Assembly: GCF_001194135.2 (NCBI RefSeq)
Contig: NC_068989.1
Location: 69,867,073 to 69,931,072, forward strand
DNA length: 64,000 bases
Reading direction: 5' to 3'
From: Octopus bimaculoides
Lineage: Eukaryota
Every line of letters begins with the position of its first letter. Position 1 is the stretch's first letter. The notes below the pieces were generated by a model. That model saw only the letters and a list, made by a program, of their open reading frames with translations. It did no database searches and was not told the origin of the DNA. Of the stretch, positions 62,879-64,000 are shown piece by piece. The translations under genes were made by a program, and so were the position numbers.

Positions 62879-64000
62879 TACAATAGTTACAATTTAGCTT
62901 TTAGCAAATTTCTTGGTACTTATACAAAATGATGAAATGAATAGTAATTTTCAAAAGAAAATATTTATTACCTCAAAATTGAATAAATTTTTCATTTGTA
63001 TATTTGCAACAAACGTGTTGTTATTTTTCAGTATAATTGCAATCTATTCCATTGAAAAAAAACCTATCTCTTGCAAAATTTCATTTACAAAAAATGTGCA
63101 TTTTTCAGAAAATTATGAGACATTCATTTTGTACCTCTTATGTTAAGTCTCTCTGTAACTCTCTTTTACTGTCTCCTGTTGTCTCTCTTTAGAATGTAAA
63201 ATGTGACTGAAGAAATCAACCATCAAACCAATCAACCAACATATTTATGTTGGTTCTTATTGAATAGACAATTATTTTTATAACCCTAGCCAGTTGTATT
63301 TGAACAAGATTACAACATAGAGACAGCCAATAAAATAAAGCACTTATTTCATTGCCTTTCTTGAGTGTCACCATCTTGTCTTTATTAAAATGTTGTTTTA
63401 AATATTTAACTCAACTATGTCAAATTTTAAAGGTGATCAGGATTGCAATTACATAGAAGCTCCTTCATTGACTCCAGAACCGTGTGATTCTAATCAGACT
63501 AGGCAATTAGAGTTAGTGGGTAGTGATTAAAATAATAGTACTGCTGCAAGACAATTGTGCAAACCAAATCAATATGAATGTGCATGCCATTAAAGTATGG
63601 GTGATAATGCACATAATTTTTTTTGGTTTTCTTATTATAGAATTAGTTTAATTATTTTTTTTTTTTTTTTTTTTTTTTTTTTGAATGCACACATGCATAC
63701 ATAAACATAAAAGATTTATATTTTTAGTATTTCCACATGGCTGTTATTAATTCACTTAAGAGTTGTTTGAAGTTTTAGTTATTTCATTATGAAACGATGA
63801 ATACTTTTAAAACAACAACAACAATTATTATTATCATTGTTGTTCGTGTTTTTAATTATATTATTTCTCTTTTATTTTTGTCATGTGATGTCAGATTTTT
63901 AGAATCCTTGACAAAAAGAAAAAAATATACAAAGTAGGAAAAATATTGTTCTAAACTTTATTACCCAATTAGTTTGTGCTGGTCTAATAATTATGGCAAG

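Noticed and set aside
54962-64000. Search for the next conserved exon (LEQAMxDAL...DRVDFVKLL)
   Set aside because: Not found by eye; presumed to lie beyond the window.
1-64000. Prokaryotic-style systems (CRISPR array, operon, defence island)
   Set aside because: No regularly spaced repeat-spacer array and no gene-dense coding; the DNA is spliceosomal, intron-rich and eukaryotic.

Overview
This is AT-rich eukaryotic (metazoan) genomic DNA, not a prokaryotic locus. The SINE and MITE families look like those of octopod cephalopods (inference from recalled Octopus repeats). The window is the interior of one large plus-strand gene encoding a TRPM-family cation channel of the TRPM1/3/6/7 group. 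Seven GT-AG exons (5206-5422, 16371-16495, 24155-24326, 35295-35478, 41359-41482, 48824-48887, 54837-54961) splice into an open 1011-nt frame (337 codons) covering the N-terminal SLOG/MHR region, from YVRLSSFD to VYGQNWP. The start and the rest of the gene lie outside the window. The 6-11 kb introns are filled with transposon debris. This includes several tRNA-headed SINE families, two TTAA/CCCTTT piggyBac-type MITE families, a full-length dead Hsmar1-like mariner and an inverted pair of DD37D (maT) elements. There are also a non-autonomous Helitron, LINE relics (R4/Dong, CR1/L2, possibly Penelope), microsatellites and four assembly gaps. The least expected signals are RNA-level structures. 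These are several minimal hammerhead-ribozyme motifs (one nearly intact, sense-strand, inside a palindromic element), a ~355-bp hammerhead-bearing tandem dimer, an 86-bp foldback enclosing a tRNA-like sequence just after exon 3, and an in-frame alternative acceptor that adds or removes 8 residues. Almost all supplied ORFs are spurious microsatellite, SINE or gap translations.
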